Source: Tubulanus polymorphus
Lineage: Eukaryota > Animalia > Nemertea
Length of the DNA: 64,000 nt
Reading direction: 5' to 3'
Assembly (NCBI RefSeq): GCF_964204645.1
Contig: NC_134025.1
Span: 15,066,001-15,130,000 of the forward strand
Shown piece after piece: positions 1-13,498 of the stretch. Below the pieces are notes generated by a model, which was not told the DNA's origin, searched no databases, and worked only from the letters and a program-made list of their open reading frames with translations. Position 1 is the stretch's first letter; each line of letters begins with the position of its first letter. Both the position numbers and the translations under genes were made by a program.

Positions 1-110
1 CAACCCACTGGTCCGACCTTTTCGAAGACGGTTGGCCCTCCCGGGACGTCTCTTGTGGCTACCGTCTCCGTTTCCCAAGGCGACCGCGCCTGACGAGGTC
101 ACCTCCCGAC

Positions 111-1830
111 ATGCGGCCAAAACCAGGTCAGGAGACTCTAATCTCTCCGGCTTTCAAGGAATTGGCCGAGAAGGGAGTGATAGAACCAGTTTGCAACGAA
201 ACTTCTCCCGGCTGGTTTTCTCGAATATTCATGGTACCAAAGGCCACAGGGGGTCAACGGACGGTGATAGATCTGTCATCCCTCAATCGGCACCTAGACA
301 TTCCAAGGTTCCGGATGAACAAACCCAAGGACGTGATTCAAGGGCTCCGTCCGGGTCAATGGGCGGCTTCGTTGGACCTGAAAGATGCTTACTTTCAGGT
401 TCCAATTCACCCAGATTCCAGCGATTTCTCAGGATAAAGTGGAAAGGCCGCCAGTTCCAATTCAGGTCTCTTCCATTTGGCCTCAGTACGGCCTTGTGGG
501 TTTTCACCAAGTTGGCCAAGTCAGTTCAGAAGGTGCTTCAGTCAAGGGGTGTTCGACTGTTCGTTTACCTCGACGACTGGTTTATAGTCGCGAACTCCGC
601 TCAAGAATGTCGGGATGCAATGACCTCATTCTTGGACTTAGTCCATCAGCTAGGGTTCCGCGTAAACAGGGAAAAAATCTCAGTTGACGCCGGCCCAACA
701 GTTCACTTATCTCGGCATGGACTTCGATCTCCGAATCGGCAAAGTCTTTCCTCAATGGCTCGAGTAGCCAAACTTCAAGAAGCTGTAGCGGGAGTGTCCA
801 CAACCCCAAGAACAGCTCGTTACTGGTCACGGCTTCTAGGTTCCATCAGCTCCATGGGTCTGGTGGTGCCCTTTGGCCGCCTCAGAAGCAGGCGCTTGCA
901 ACAATATTGGAAGGTCTTCTGGTCTCGGTCGAAGGGCAACTGGGAGACCTTGATTCCCGTACCTCCAACCGATCTAAGTTCGGATCTTCATCGGTGGGCG
1001 GCAACTACGAATCTTCGGCGCGGGGTGTCACTAGCCCCGTTAGAGGCTCCAGTTCGTGTATTCACGGATGCCAGTCACCAAGGATGGGGGCACATCTGGA
1101 GAACCGAGTCAAAGCCGGGAGATAGTCTCGCTACGAGGCCACCAACCACATAAATTTCCTGGAAATGGTGGCCGTGTGGAAGGCCCTGAAGTTCTTTCAC
1201 AGGAGAGTGGAGGGCCACCACGTTTGGTTAGCCACAGACAATTCAACAGTGAGGGCTTACCTTCAGAACCAAGGGGCACACACTCAGAAATCCTCACGGA
1301 TCTGTCGGCCAAAATTCTTCTTTGGTGCCAGACAAAGGGCGTGTCCCTGACTGTGGCACGTTTAGCAGGGAAAAGGAACGATGATGGCCGATGCTCTTTC
1401 TCGTCGAGGTCAGGCTATTGCGACAGAATTGGTTCTCCACCAAGAAGTAGCCGATCGGGTTCGAGGCATGTTTGGCAATCCGCTGCTGGTTCTGTTTGCC
1501 ACCCGGTTCAATCGGAGGTGTCCTCTGTTTGTTTCCCCGTTTCCAGACGCAGAAGCGTGGGGGGTCGATGCCTTCTCTCTGGACTCGTCGGGGATGCATG
1601 CATGTTCCCGCCCACACCAGTCCTGCCGCGCTTGCTGGATCAGATAGAGAGATCAGTCAATTGCAACATAGTTCTGGTAGCACTATGTTGTCCGGCTCAG
1701 AAATGGTTCCTACCACTTCTCAACCTACTGTGCGACAACCCCCAGGATTCTTTCGAATTTCCCATCGCTTCTGTCTCAGGGGAACTTTCGGCATCATCCA
1801 AACAGCCAGTGGTTAAATCTGCTCGCCTGG
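111..1830 (+). pseudogene. pol: DIRS pol (RT, RNase H, methyltransferase-like), frameshifted
   Basis: Motifs spread over several frames: FSRIFMVPK, LDLKDAYFQVPIH, LPFGLS, YLDDW, FTDASHQGWG, TDNSTV, ADALSR, LFATRFN and GVDAF. Confidence 0.88.
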
Positions 1831-2039
1831 CCAGTGTCCAGTGATCCTTGTCAGCTTCAGGCTTTTCAGAAAGACTTTATTTTTGCTGTTCTTGGCTTGC
1901 TCGGCCCGTCGCTCTTGAGATTCATGCGCTTTCAGTCCGACAAGTTCTGTTGTCTTCGGGCCAGCGAAGGAATTTGTTTCGCTGCGGCATGCTTTGGAGT
2001 TTTTGGCAAAGAACCCACGGCCAGGCTCGGTTGGGCGTC

Positions 2040-2365
2040 AATGGCGAATTGAAGCCCTAATACATCGAGTGGAACCGGGTCTTCCGGACAGGACATTATG
2101 TCCTGTGCGGGCGTTGTGTTTCTATTTAGATCGCTCTGCTCCACGGAGGGGTTCGCGGGAGCGGTTATTTATTCCGCTGCTGGATCACCTGAAGGGTGAT
2201 ATTTTTCGGGACCCAGTGGTCCGATGGGTCTCCTCACTGATCAAGGACATTTTATTGAAGGAGAATCTTTCCTCGGAGGTAGTGGTTTCTCATCAAGTGA
2301 GGTCTATGGCTACTTCCTGCGCAGCCTTTTCAGGTGCTCTGTTGGAGGAGGTCTGTCGTCAGTCT
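2040..2365 (+). pseudogene. DIRS tyrosine recombinase, C-terminal fragment
   Basis: LCPVRALCFYLDRS, RLFI and HQVRSMATS (HxxR motif) are present. The catalytic Tyr region is missing. Confidence 0.75.
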
Positions 2366-2921
2366 AGCAAAAACCATAGGAAACGGTAAACAGTACTCGA
2401 CGGAAATATTACGAAGTACTTACCCTTTCCTATGGTTTTTGCCAATATTTTCTAAATTTGGATTGATCGCCAATGGTTTTTCTATACGACCCGGCCCTGC
2501 GGTATCGCATTTAGCTACCGGCGAAATCTGCCATCTTTTTACGTCATAGCAGACCCAAAAAATGCAGCTATGCGGGGCAGGTGGGCGGGATTCCCACCAT
2601 AGGAAAGGTTAAGTACTACTCGGAAATACAAATTTTAGTTCCAAAAATTGTAATTTTTGAGCGTGTCATAGATGAAAAGAGTGGCTTTAAGTGTGTAGAG
2701 ATCATTTATTTTGAGAAGATTGAGTTGTTTGAAGAGTGGTTCAGAGTGGGCAGTAAATTTAGACTTAGTAATAATTCGAGTTATTTGTTTTTGAAGTAAA
2801 AGACATTTTTGCGTGTGTGGTGAGTGACCCCATGATTATATACCATAGTTTTTTTAAGTGAGGAAGGACAAGTGCATTGTAGATGAGGATGGGGTGATTT
2901 CGATTTAGAATTTGACTGCAT

Positions 2922-4215
2922 TTATATATGATACCTAGGCCTTCGTTTGTGAACTTTTTCTATGTGGAGTTTCCAGTTAAGGTTTTCTTGTAAAGTAATG
3001 CCTAGAAAATTAATGTTATCTACTCTATTTATCTCTTTACCTTTAATACAGAGTTTTAGGGGATTTCTCAGTGCATTACTAATGAAAGGCTTAGACGTAC
3101 GTTGACTAGAGTGGAAGAGGATAAATTTGGTTTTTTTCCACGTTGAGAGATAGTATTTTAGCAAGTAACCAATCGTGAAGAGAGTCTAAATCCTTATTAA
3201 CCTTTGTTAGAAGAGAATTTATGCCCCTGTCATACGCCAACCCTGTAGTGTCGTCTGCAAAAAGAACTAAGTCTAAGTTAGGTGTTGAAATGTACAAGTC
3301 ATTGATATAAACGAGGAATAATAATGGCCCGAGGATAGAACCTTGAGGCACTCCACAAGAAATCTCAGGAACGGATGATTTAACGGATTGAAAAGAAACA
3401 TATTGGTGTTTGTTTGATAAAAAGGAGGACAACCAATTTAGAGCAGTTCCTCGTATACCGTAGCGCTGAAGCTTATGAATAAGAATATCATGGTTGAGCG
3501 TGTCATAAGCTTTAGAAAGATCAAGAAAGATTCCAATTGACCAGTATTTGTTGTTGATAGCTGTGGATATACGCTCAGTTAACTCCATAATGGCATGTTA
3601 AGTTGAGTGGCCCTCTCGGAAACCATATTGAGATGAAGAAAGGTTGTTATCTAATTAGCTAATTAATCCATTATGCATGAGTTTTTCATGAACCTTTGAC
3701 AGAGAGTTTAATAAAGATATTGGTCTGTAGTTTTCTAAGCTCGATTTATCCCCTGTTTTGTGAAGTGGAATTATTTTTGATATTTTGAGTGAGTTCGGAA
3801 ATATACCTAATTTAAATGATTGGTTTATGAGATTAGTTAGCGGGGAAGAAATTAGTAAGATAATTTGTTGTAGCAGAAATGTGGATAGCGAGTCATCGCC
3901 GTAACTGTGTTTCGATTTAAGATTGTTTACCGTGCGAATAACTTCCAATTCTGTGACTGGCGTTTGAAAAAAATTAGTATTGTGCCTAGGTGTACGATTT
4001 TGATAGTCAATGTATGACTGCGTTGGAGTAGGAAATTTTCCGGCAAGATTTGGCCCTATGTTGTTGAACTGTTTGTTGAATGAGTTACCTATTAAATTAG
4101 GGTCCGAGGTTTCTTCATTGTTTATGTTGAAGGTGTGGATAATGTCAGACTTATTGTTAGTTTTACCGATGATAGTTTTGAGAATGTTCCAGGTTTTTGG
4201 TTTACCTTTGTCAGC
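2922..4215 (-). pseudogene. LINE reverse transcriptase, broken by stops and frameshifts
   Basis: Motifs NYRPISLL, IFLDLSKAYDT, GVPQGSILGPLLFLVYINDL, LFADDT and FLGITL. Confidence 0.9.
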
Positions 4216-5074
4216 GATATGTAGTTGGCATTGAGCCAATTCATGTAAAATCGCGGAACGTTTTTTTATGTGAGCATTTGTTTCATTGTTTCTCGGCTTA
4301 AACGACGTATAATCGATGCGATTGAAGACATGGCGAACCTCCGTCGATGACATGGTCAACTTGGTTGAAATTCTACGAAAAACTGTTTTTGGCGTGAAAA
4401 TTCTTAGCTCTCGCGTATAGAATTGCAATGACCTCGATCGATTGGAGGGCGTCGTCTCTACGAGCGAATGGGATTGGCTGTTTTTTGGATATACGGGGAA
4501 TTCCGGCGCTACTAAAATAATTATGGGAAAGCCATATAATGGCGTACGTTTCATTGGACTAGGTGCCGTATACGTGCGAATTTCATATGCTCATTGCTGG
4601 TGAGGATGTACTTATTTCACACATCCGCCATAGGTATTGTTTTATTTTAATACCCGGTGATTGTTATGATTGACATTGATTGAGGTGTAAGCGAATATTC
4701 ACTTACACGAGGCCCCCACGTGCCCGCGGAGTACACGAAACACGCACAAGCTCGTACAGTGCACTAATAAGGGTGATGCTGTAATGCGTGCAAGTTTGAC
4801 ATGAAAATATGCTGAATAATCGTAGCAGAAGATGAGCGCTGTGTTCGATAGAATTTGTAATAAATTGTAATTTCTTGTCACCTGAAAATACTAAGCAGGA
4901 AACTATAAGGTCTGTCGAGGTCTGAATATTGTAGTGGTAAATTCCTTGATTTGAAACGATCTTATAGCCGATTTCTTCTGTTCCGGTATTTTAGCTTCCG
5001 CGGCCAACATTGGAAGAGGTTTCCAAGACCCAATACTCAGCCACCCTCTGATATGTGACATCATATGAATTTTA

Positions 5075-6373
5075 GGCCATCCCAAAATAATGGTCTGTTT
5101 GCCGTTACCCGACCGACCCGACTTCAAAGGTACCGAGTGAAAACTTTTTTCTGATTCATTGAAATAAATTTCATTTTTGATAAAAACGGCTGACCGACCG
5201 ACCCACTGCCGACGTATAAGCTACGTAATGATTGAATTCAAGTGTGCATCGTGTGAAAACATGACATGTGGCCTAATTTAAGTTTTCAGGTAACTGGCAG
5301 TGTTCCAATAAGCTGCCATTCATTCTAATAGTGAATAAATTAAAGCTGGTAACGTAAAAGCGCGCACATATTCAATGTACTGTTTCATTTTTGGTTCGAA
5401 GAACGAGAACCTAAGCTATCGTCAAGTTGCAGTCATGAAGTCACGTGACAGGATCGGAAGATTTTTTTTTCAGATTGAGTGATACGCCTCAATGAAATAG
5501 GTCCGCATACGTAATTCGCTTGTCTTAAGAATATTATAATTATCATGATAGATATATTCACATACTCTGAATAATATCATTTTCTAAAATCATGCATAAT
5601 GAATGCCGATTTAGCGGTTGGTAAAAAAAAATCATTACATCTACTCGCGCATAAATAAACCATCAATGCTGAGCCTGTTAAAGCGACAGTACCCGTACGT
5701 ACAGCCATACACACGTTGATGCCGACACCGGCTTCCACTTCAAAAGTTAAGAATAAAATATTAGAAATATTTGTAATCCGATTTACACCAAATAAACCTT
5801 TAAAGTAGGTATTTAGCATCGGATATTGTGCCGAAAATTCTAGTTTGATACACTACATAGTTTTTCAAGTAAGCGCATTTTTAGTGTAAACCAATTATGT
5901 TGATTGACAGGCAGGCTCAGCTGCGCGCCTCATTTTATCGATGACATCAGATGTTAACAATAACATTAACACGTGCGCAATGCAAACGGAAAACAAATTG
6001 AATTTTTTTAAACAAACTTCTCTAATGGAATATCAATTTCTTTTCATAATTTGCCTCTCTTTTATGTGATTTATAATTTGTACATCAGACTTTGCTTCTT
6101 CGAACCCCAGGACATTGAAGTCCTCTTGTTAACAGAGATGACGCTCTGGACAAAGTTATAATTTTAGAATTATTCTTGAAATCTACGCTATTAGACAAAT
6201 TTCCCTTGCACAACGTAGATGATTTTTTTGTGATATTGTTTCCATGTAAAAAAGCCCAAAGGTGAAAAATTCGTTTTTGTTGCCCTTAAATTTTGCAAAA
6301 AAAGATTTCTACCGACTCATGCTGAAAAGTTGAATCGGTGTTACGGCAAACAGACAATTATTTTGGGATGGCC
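5075..6373. mobile_element. Non-autonomous PIF/Harbinger-type DNA transposon
   Basis: 31-bp TIRs GGCCATCCCAAAATAAT(G/T)GTCTGTTTGCCGT with one mismatch, flanked by a TTA duplication (5072-5074 and 6374-6376). Confidence 0.85.
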
Positions 6374-6494
6374 TTATTTGAATATTTTTTCATATTGTGA
6401 AACATATTTTTTTGAAAATATAAAATAGTTTCCCTGCCGCGCCTACCTGTACCCTACAAAATTTTGGACGTGGGCCGTAAACAAATGTATATCC

Positions 6495-7930
6495 TAGGTC
6501 TTTTTTGACTACAAAATAATTCTATAAGAATGATAAAATACAATATAAACTTGCGGAACTTTGAAGTCACGAAGATTTTTCAAGCAATGCCCTTATTCCA
6601 AACAACCTCTAGCTTTCCAGGTAAACCACACTTTGCCCATGGGCAGTTTATTTAATATTCCCATTTGAAAGAGAAAGTGCTTTTCGAACATTAAGTTTCT
6701 TGGAAAGTTTAATTATCTCATTAAGTTTGTTGCGATATTTTTTAAAGAGAAAGAGTTCGACTTGATAGGCAATTTCATTTGTTCGGGCCAGTAGATGTTT
6801 ATATTTCTTATCACGATTATACATAGATTGTATGATACCCCTGGTTATCCACGATTTTTTGCCATTCTAAATTTGTGGAATTTCTTTTTGGTGGATGATG
6901 CATTGGAAATTTGACGGTTAATTACTGAGGAGAAATTGTCAGAGTTAGTGTTTACTGATAGAGATAGAGACTCATCAAACGAGGTAAGGATATTTGAGTC
7001 TAAAATGTTGTCGTGAATCTTTTTGATGGCAGATTTATCTAAGAAATTGTTGGAAAAGGAGAATTTACTGTTTGGTGCTTCTGTTATAGTCGTATTGCAG
7101 GTGAAAGTAAGAAAATGGTCAGAAAGCGGAGACGTGACTATACCAGAAGAGTATTTGTGTGAGCGGTTTGTGAAGATATCTATTAATGAAGAGCTTTTGT
7201 GTGTAACTCTCGTTGAAGAGTAATTAGGGGTTTGAAGGAATTACCAACCATCAATTCAAAGAATTGGGAACTGTAGTTTTCATCGTTACACTTAAGAAGA
7301 TCTATATTGATATCACCGCGGATAATTATTTCCTGATTTTTGTTTTTTGATTTTGTGAGAGTATGTTTAAATTTAGTAATAAAGTCGGATATGTTGCTAT
7401 TCGGGGGTCTACATACTGAGCCGATGATCTTTTAATTTTTTCTAAATTTACTTCTCCAAACATTCACAAATTTCCACTGGAAGATATCATCCTTGCAAGA
7501 CGTTAAATCATTCATTATAGAGTATTGAAGGTTCTTACATATGAAGAGACCTACCCCACCTCCATGAGCATTACGACAGAAGGCTTCAAAATTGTATGAA
7601 TCTAACTTAATAGTACAAATCATTTCGGAATCTAATTTGATCTCTTGAAGAGAAATAACATCAAAATGAAAGTTGCACTTAGATTGGAGCAAATATAAGA
7701 AAGTTGATAAGTCCTCAATTTTACTTCTTAAACCGTTGCAGTTCCAATTCAAAATTTTAAGGTTACTGGTTCTTAATCATTTTTTCTGGAGTTCAATAGT
7801 ATCAATTAAGGTATCTCATTCATAATAAGGAGAGGGCGTAAAATTGAAAATGTCATCGTTCGTATCATTTTGAGATGCTGCTAAATTAATTTGGTTTACA
7901 ACTAAGTTGAGGTCAAGTGGCTGAGTCATT
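6495..7930 (-). pseudogene. LINE APE endonuclease and linker region
   Basis: ORF 7432-7752 carries APE N-terminal motifs. The downstream reverse complement reads GDINIDLL, SDHF and PWIT. Confidence 0.8.
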
Positions 7931-9889
7931 ATTATACAAATTCAGTCTAAGAGGTGGTGACATTGGATATTCAAAATTTTGATTCAGGACCAGTGTTCAC
8001 GTGAACCCGCGGTATCGTCTACCGTTTTACTTCCGGGTTTTATTTTAAGATTAGACTGGTTACCGGTCTCTATCTTCAATTAGAGACCGGTTGTGCCCAT
8101 CCTCCATTTTACATTCTCGATGCATGTCAAATAAGGTCAAACATGTGAAGTAGCAAGTTATTTTCTGGTTAACATGGCGTCTCTTCGAATCATCATCATC
8201 ATCATCACCATCATCTTTATTTTCCTTTTCAATTTCAGTTACATATAATGCAAAAACATTATTTACGTGTAGCTGGTGTTATAGCTTCCATTGTAATTTG
8301 CTGTTCTCAAGCCAATAAACCAATTCCCGGTTGTTTTTTTAAATTTTTACAGATTTTGTTCTGTTTTTTCTTTCGGTCGTTATATTCATTTGACGCATCA
8401 AAATCGCTTTCAACGATCAAATAGAGACGATTTGGCCCAGGTCAAGTTTGGCGATAGCGCGTTCACTCGCAAATCACCCATTCGATACAAAATAATGCTT
8501 AAGCAAAGCGAAGAGAGTCATTTCCGGAAACAGTTGCAATTCACGCAAAATAATTTGAATTGGGCTCGCGCTAAAATTTGGCTCGAATAAACAAAGGACA
8601 CAGTCGAGCCAAACAGACACGGCTACGGGCCCATTTGGCACCCGGTGAACAATTTATCCGGGCCAGAAGCACTCGTCTGATTGCGGCTATGTGTTATGCG
8701 ACCCGAAGAAATAACCAATCTGGGCTGTCTTTTTCATACACAACGATACGACTTGAAACGATTTGAGACAAAAAGGGAGAAGGTAAACGACTTATTCCAA
8801 ATAGGATATTCATGAAGTTCTCAAAATACTTACGTCAGATCGTTCACTGTGTCCTTTGTTTATTCGAAACATATACCGAACTGATTATAAAGCAAAGAGG
8901 ACATGTTTCTCAGTCGAAGAATGCCCGAATTTACGGTAGACTGCGTTTACCCCGGAGTTGATTACGCAATAATACAAGAGCACCATGGGGCCTTGACGCG
9001 TAGCTTCACGAATTATAAAAGATCTCAAGACCTGGCCTTCAATCAATTTCATACTTCGAATGCTCGAAGAAAAGGCATAAATCATTTCCATGACTTTTTT
9101 TTGCAGAAACTTGTTTTAAACGGAAATATCAAGATAAAAATAAAAGATTGCTTTTTTCAGAATTACATATGAATGATGAAAACACACCTTTTTCAACGTG
9201 ATGTTTTGGTAGAATATCAGAGGGGATCCATGCTTCAAGTAGTTAAAAAGCCTAACATTTCTCCACTTGAACCAAAGAATTCTTATATGAAAATGCGTCA
9301 AATGAGACGATCTCAAAATACATCAGGCGAATACGTGGTAGTGGGATTTCCCCAATGACTCAAATAGAGATCTTCCGATGCTGAAGGATTTCATTTATTA
9401 CATACGTACACTGTATGAAATTGAAATGAAGTTTGTTAGACAATTTATTATTATAAATATCAAAATTTCTTACAATAATACTTTATTACAATAATCAAAA
9501 TTCAAGATTTCAAGATATTTGTTTATTTAGCCAATCAGCGCACATTAAAAAATATTTAGTCAGGGCGCGCTTTCTCTAACACACTTCAGATCGTCCACAG
9601 TTAACATGGGTTTAACCACTTCGCATAAAAATTATTAGTTTGAAAAAGAACTGAAATCATCAGGCATTATACTTTTTATCAGCACAATTTTTCCAAAAAA
9701 GACTGATCGACCATAATTCACTCATGGTCTGGATTCCATCCGAGATTGTTTTATTGGAAATGGATTGAAAACCCCAGACATACGATACTTTATAAGCACA
9801 CTTGGAGCAATTCCCCGCAACCTTTCAAAAGTGATCAATAGCGAGCATGAGAGGGTACCAGATTTCCGAGAAATGTTAAGTCTTATGTT

Positions 9890-10798
9890 TAGGGGGTCTT
9901 AGGTTTAGTGACACCTATATATGATATACTAAACCTAAGACCCATAAACCTAAGAATAATGATATCATAGATAATGTTAATACAATTGAAACTAATGACA
10001 CCATAGATAATATAAAAGATAATGTCGATACAATCGAAACTAATGACAATGAAACAATTGATGATTCTAAAAAACATTGTAATGTTTGTAATTTAGATAT
10101 TTCTAAAAGTAATTTTTCGAAGCATAAAAATCTCAGGCGCATATAGAAAATGAAAGGGAGTTAGAAGAACATGAAAAGAAACTAGAAGAAATAAAAAGAA
10201 ATAAGACGTGTCAATATGTTTGTAATTTAGATATTTCTAAAAGTAATTTTTCGAAGCATAAAAATCTCAGGCGCATATAGAAAATGAAAGGGAGTTAGAA
10301 GAACATGAAAAGAAACTAGAAGAAATAAAAAGAAATAAGACGTGTCAATATTGTAATAAGAAAAAACCTGTTGATGAAAATACTCATTATAAATCAAAAT
10401 TACATCTAATTAATGTTTATAAAAATGTAAGTATGATACCATCGTTAAATAACCCAATGAAATATATCAAATATTTTGATCCTAAAACTAAACAATATTA
10501 TATATTCTATAAGTTGTTATTTGAAAAATTATTAGCTTATGCAGAAGATAATCCTAAACAAATATATAAATTATTGTATTCGAGAAAAATTGATTTAAGT
10601 TATCTAACAAAAAATTTTGGATATCATTTTGATTTCTATTTTGATGAATACTTTGAAAAATTAAGAGAAGGTCAGATACATACTAATTATCATAGAATGA
10701 TCGCTCAACTAAAATTAATAAATATACGTAAGCATTATTATGAATTAGATATAAACAAAGATGATTTTATAAACTTACTAGAAACAAAATTAGAATAA
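9890..10798 (+). pseudogene. Polinton U1/C2H2-type zinc-finger protein, frameshifted
   Basis: An N/D/T-rich linker is followed by CNVC..H..H and CQYC..HYKSKLH fingers and runs into ORF 10433-10798. The architecture parallels ORF 46569-47483. Confidence 0.5.
10082..10350 (+). repeat. 134-bp direct tandem duplication
   Basis: ATGTTTGTAATTTAG...CGTGTCAATA occurs at 10082 and again at 10216. Confidence 0.92.
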
Positions 10799-10805
10799 TT
10801 ATTGT

Positions 10806-11415
10806 AAAACTATTTATGATATTTATGTACTAGACGTACGAGTAAGAATCTAAGAATTCTTACTTTCTTACTCATACGTCTAGTACATACATATATAAAT
10901 TAGTTTTTATGAAAATTAAAAATATAAATTATTGATTGAAGTAAAGAAATAGTTATAACATAATCTATTTTTTCTATTTTTATTCAGTGAAAACATAATT
11001 TATTCATTTATATATATTTCATTTAATAATTTAAATTTGTAATTATTATAAACTGTTTATATATCTATGTGCTAGACGTACGTAAGAATCTTGGTAAGAA
11101 TCTTGGTAAGGATTCTTACGTACGTCTAGTACATAGATATATAAATAGTTTCAGAATAATTATTCTAAATATAAATTATATATTTGTACCCCTGTGTAAA
11201 CATAATTTATAAACATAGTTTTAATTTATTCATTATTATATATTTCATTTAATAATTTATATTTATAATTTTTATAAAATAAGGTATTTATATATCTATG
11301 TACGAGAGGTACGAGTAAGAAACCAAGATTCTTACTTTCTTACTTTCTTGGTAAGAATCTTGGTTTCTTACTCGTACGTCTAATACTTAGATATATAAAT
11401 AGTTATTTTAAAAAA
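10806..11415. repeat. Three tandem units of about 230-240 bp, each with a long imperfect palindrome
   Basis: TATGTACTAGACGTACG..TAAGAA.../...TTCTTAC..TACGTCTAGTACATA at about 10806-10908, 11041-11161 and 11271-11415. Confidence 0.85.
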
Positions 11416-11475
11416 GGGGGGTTTTAAGTATTAAGGTATCTAATACGTATCTAAAACATAAACGCTTAAAATACC

Positions 11476-12078
11476 TTATTTTATAAATTTATATTCATAG
11501 GGAAATTGAAGCCTCAGTAATAATTTTGAACATTTATTACTTTTTGATTTATTCATATATTCATCATGTAATTCAGTAGGTATTATTTGATTCTCTTCCA
11601 ATGATTGTTGCATTGATTTTCTATCTTTATTGTAGAATAAAACTAAAAATCTAATATTCTCCCTAAAGTCCTTAACAATTGAATTATATTTTTTATTTAA
11701 AACCCATGTTGTTATCCCAAAATGTCTCCCAGAGAAAGCTCGATAACATAGTTTACTTTCTCTAACTTTTGAATCATGGAAATTTGCACAATCATCAATA
11801 ATGAATAATGTATTTGATCCTTTATAAATATCAGTTGCTATTTTAATACAATTATCTTTCACTGTTTTTGGATTTAATATAACAAACTTTTTTATCTTAA
11901 CTATATCTCTATTTTATGTTTTATTCATTTCATAGGTAGGGCAGAATAATATTATATTATCAAAATGATTCTTATAAATAGTTTCTAATAAATCTAATAT
12001 GAAATGTGTTTTACCATAATTTGTTACTCCAGATACTAACATATTATGTGGTTCAAATATAAATAAATCTTCATTCAT
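11476..12078 (-). pseudogene. A32/FtsK-like DNA packaging ATPase (copy A)
   Basis: Close homolog of 33652-34266, with LFIIDDC and SGRH. It has a premature stop and a deletion. Confidence 0.88.
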
Positions 12079-13127
12079 TTATTCTTTTAATTTTACTAGA
12101 TAAAATCCATTCATTAAATTTATCATCATAGCTTTTATATTTCACCAAAGAATACTTTTTCCTTTAAGAGTTTTTGTTTTCAATACTTTTTCTATTTTGT
12201 ATTCTATATAATCTGGATTTGGTACAAGTAATAATTCTTGTTCATGAAAATAACCTAATATTTCTTCATCTTTTAAATCTTCCAATTTATAAACAAATGG
12301 TTTAGTTAATATTATCTTTTTAATCTTAAATATTTCTTCAGTAAAATTAGGAGTATAACCTTTATAAAATGTTTTTCGATATTTAGATATTCTTACATGT
12401 TGTCCTATTTTAAATTTAGGTTCTCCAAAATCATGTGTAACAAACGCTCCATATAAATTATTCCAAACAACTTCTGAATTATCTTCTTTTCTAGCTTGTA
12501 TAGGTTTCATATTATTATAACCTCAACAAATCATCTAACACATAGATATATTTATATGTTTCATTAGCAGTAAAATATTTCCACATTCTAGTTTTCAATG
12601 TTTTATTAAACCTTTCTATGATAGATGCATTTTTATCTGAGTGTGTTGAAAAATATTCTACATCGTTATCAGATGATAGTTTTTTTAAATGTTTATTATA
12701 AAATTCCTTACCTTCATCAAATCTTACCTGGAATAGCTTCTTTAAATATTAATTTAAAAGCATTTGTTACTTCTATACCAGTTTTATTTTTGATTGGAAT
12801 ACTCCATGCGTATCTACTGAATATATCTATAACACTTAATATCCAGAAATATCCATTATTGTATTCTTCTAAGTTCTTCATGTCAATCAAATCCGCTTGC
12901 CATTGTTGATCAATTTATGAAACCATAACTTTTCTCGTTAAATAATTTTTATCCATGTTCTTTTGGATTTGATATGTGGGTTGGTTTTGTAACCATAATC
13001 TTAGTTCACTATATTTTATATTTTCTTTATCAGATTTAATTTTATCCCATAATTCTGAAACACTAGAATATGATACTTCAATCTCTGGGTTATAATATAA
13101 CTCTCTTAAATATTGTTCTTTTTTCAT
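12071..13127 (-). pseudogene. int: RVE integrase with C-terminal chromodomain (copy A)
   Basis: ORF pieces 12915-13127 and 12142-12510 match 32578-33659. WQADLIDM and IERFNKTLK are present. Confidence 0.88.
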
Positions 13128-13135
13128 CTTATTTT

Positions 13136-13498
13136 AATCCATTAATAATAATTTAGATTTAGTTTCAATGACTTTATCATTTGATTTATTTTCTGGTGTA
13201 ATAGGTTTATCATCACTGCTATCATTATCATCATATTTATACTTATATTTCTATATTACGCCAGAAAATATAATAACTGTTCCTAATCCAATTGTAATAT
13301 ATAATTATTATTACTTCCAGCATTAGAAAAATCAGATGAATTATCATTCGAATCAATAACAGATAATTTCTGTGATTCATTTATATCAGATGATTTCTTT
13401 TTCTTAGCTCTTTTTAATTCTGCAGATCTTTTACCTAATTCCCTTGCCCATTTAATTTGTTTCTCAGATCTAGGTTTCTTCTTAACATCATCACTCAT
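13136..13498 (-). pseudogene. Polinton small membrane protein (homolog of 32200-32571)
   Basis: Shares the RSEKQIKWARELGKRS N-terminus and is frameshifted before the TM segment. Confidence 0.75.

Larger units (their letters stand above)
1..2658 (+). mobile_element. DIRS1-like tyrosine-recombinase retrotransposon, degenerate, 5' end outside the window
   Basis: RT, RNase H, methyltransferase-like and YR fragments occur in DIRS order. They are followed by mutually complementary CCATAGGAAA..AGTACT segments (about 2372-2396, 2409-2434, 2597-2620) and an AAATACAAATT...AATTGTAATTTT tail, consistent with the ICR and right ITR. Confidence 0.8.
2660..7930 (-). mobile_element. CR1/L2/Crack-type LINE ORF2 remnant, interrupted by insertions at about 4215-6495
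   Basis: APE start (WNCNGLRSK, DVISLQE, GGGVGLFI) lies at 7432-7752 and the RT at about 2900-4215, on the same strand and in the expected order. Confidence 0.85.

Noticed and set aside
3655-4554. 299-aa ORF as one gene
   Set aside because: The first roughly 110 aa read through an inserted non-LINE sequence; only the part below about 4215 is LINE ORF2.
9550-9885. Possible 3' end of an L1/Tx1-type LINE on the minus strand
   Set aside because: Too degenerate to support by eye.
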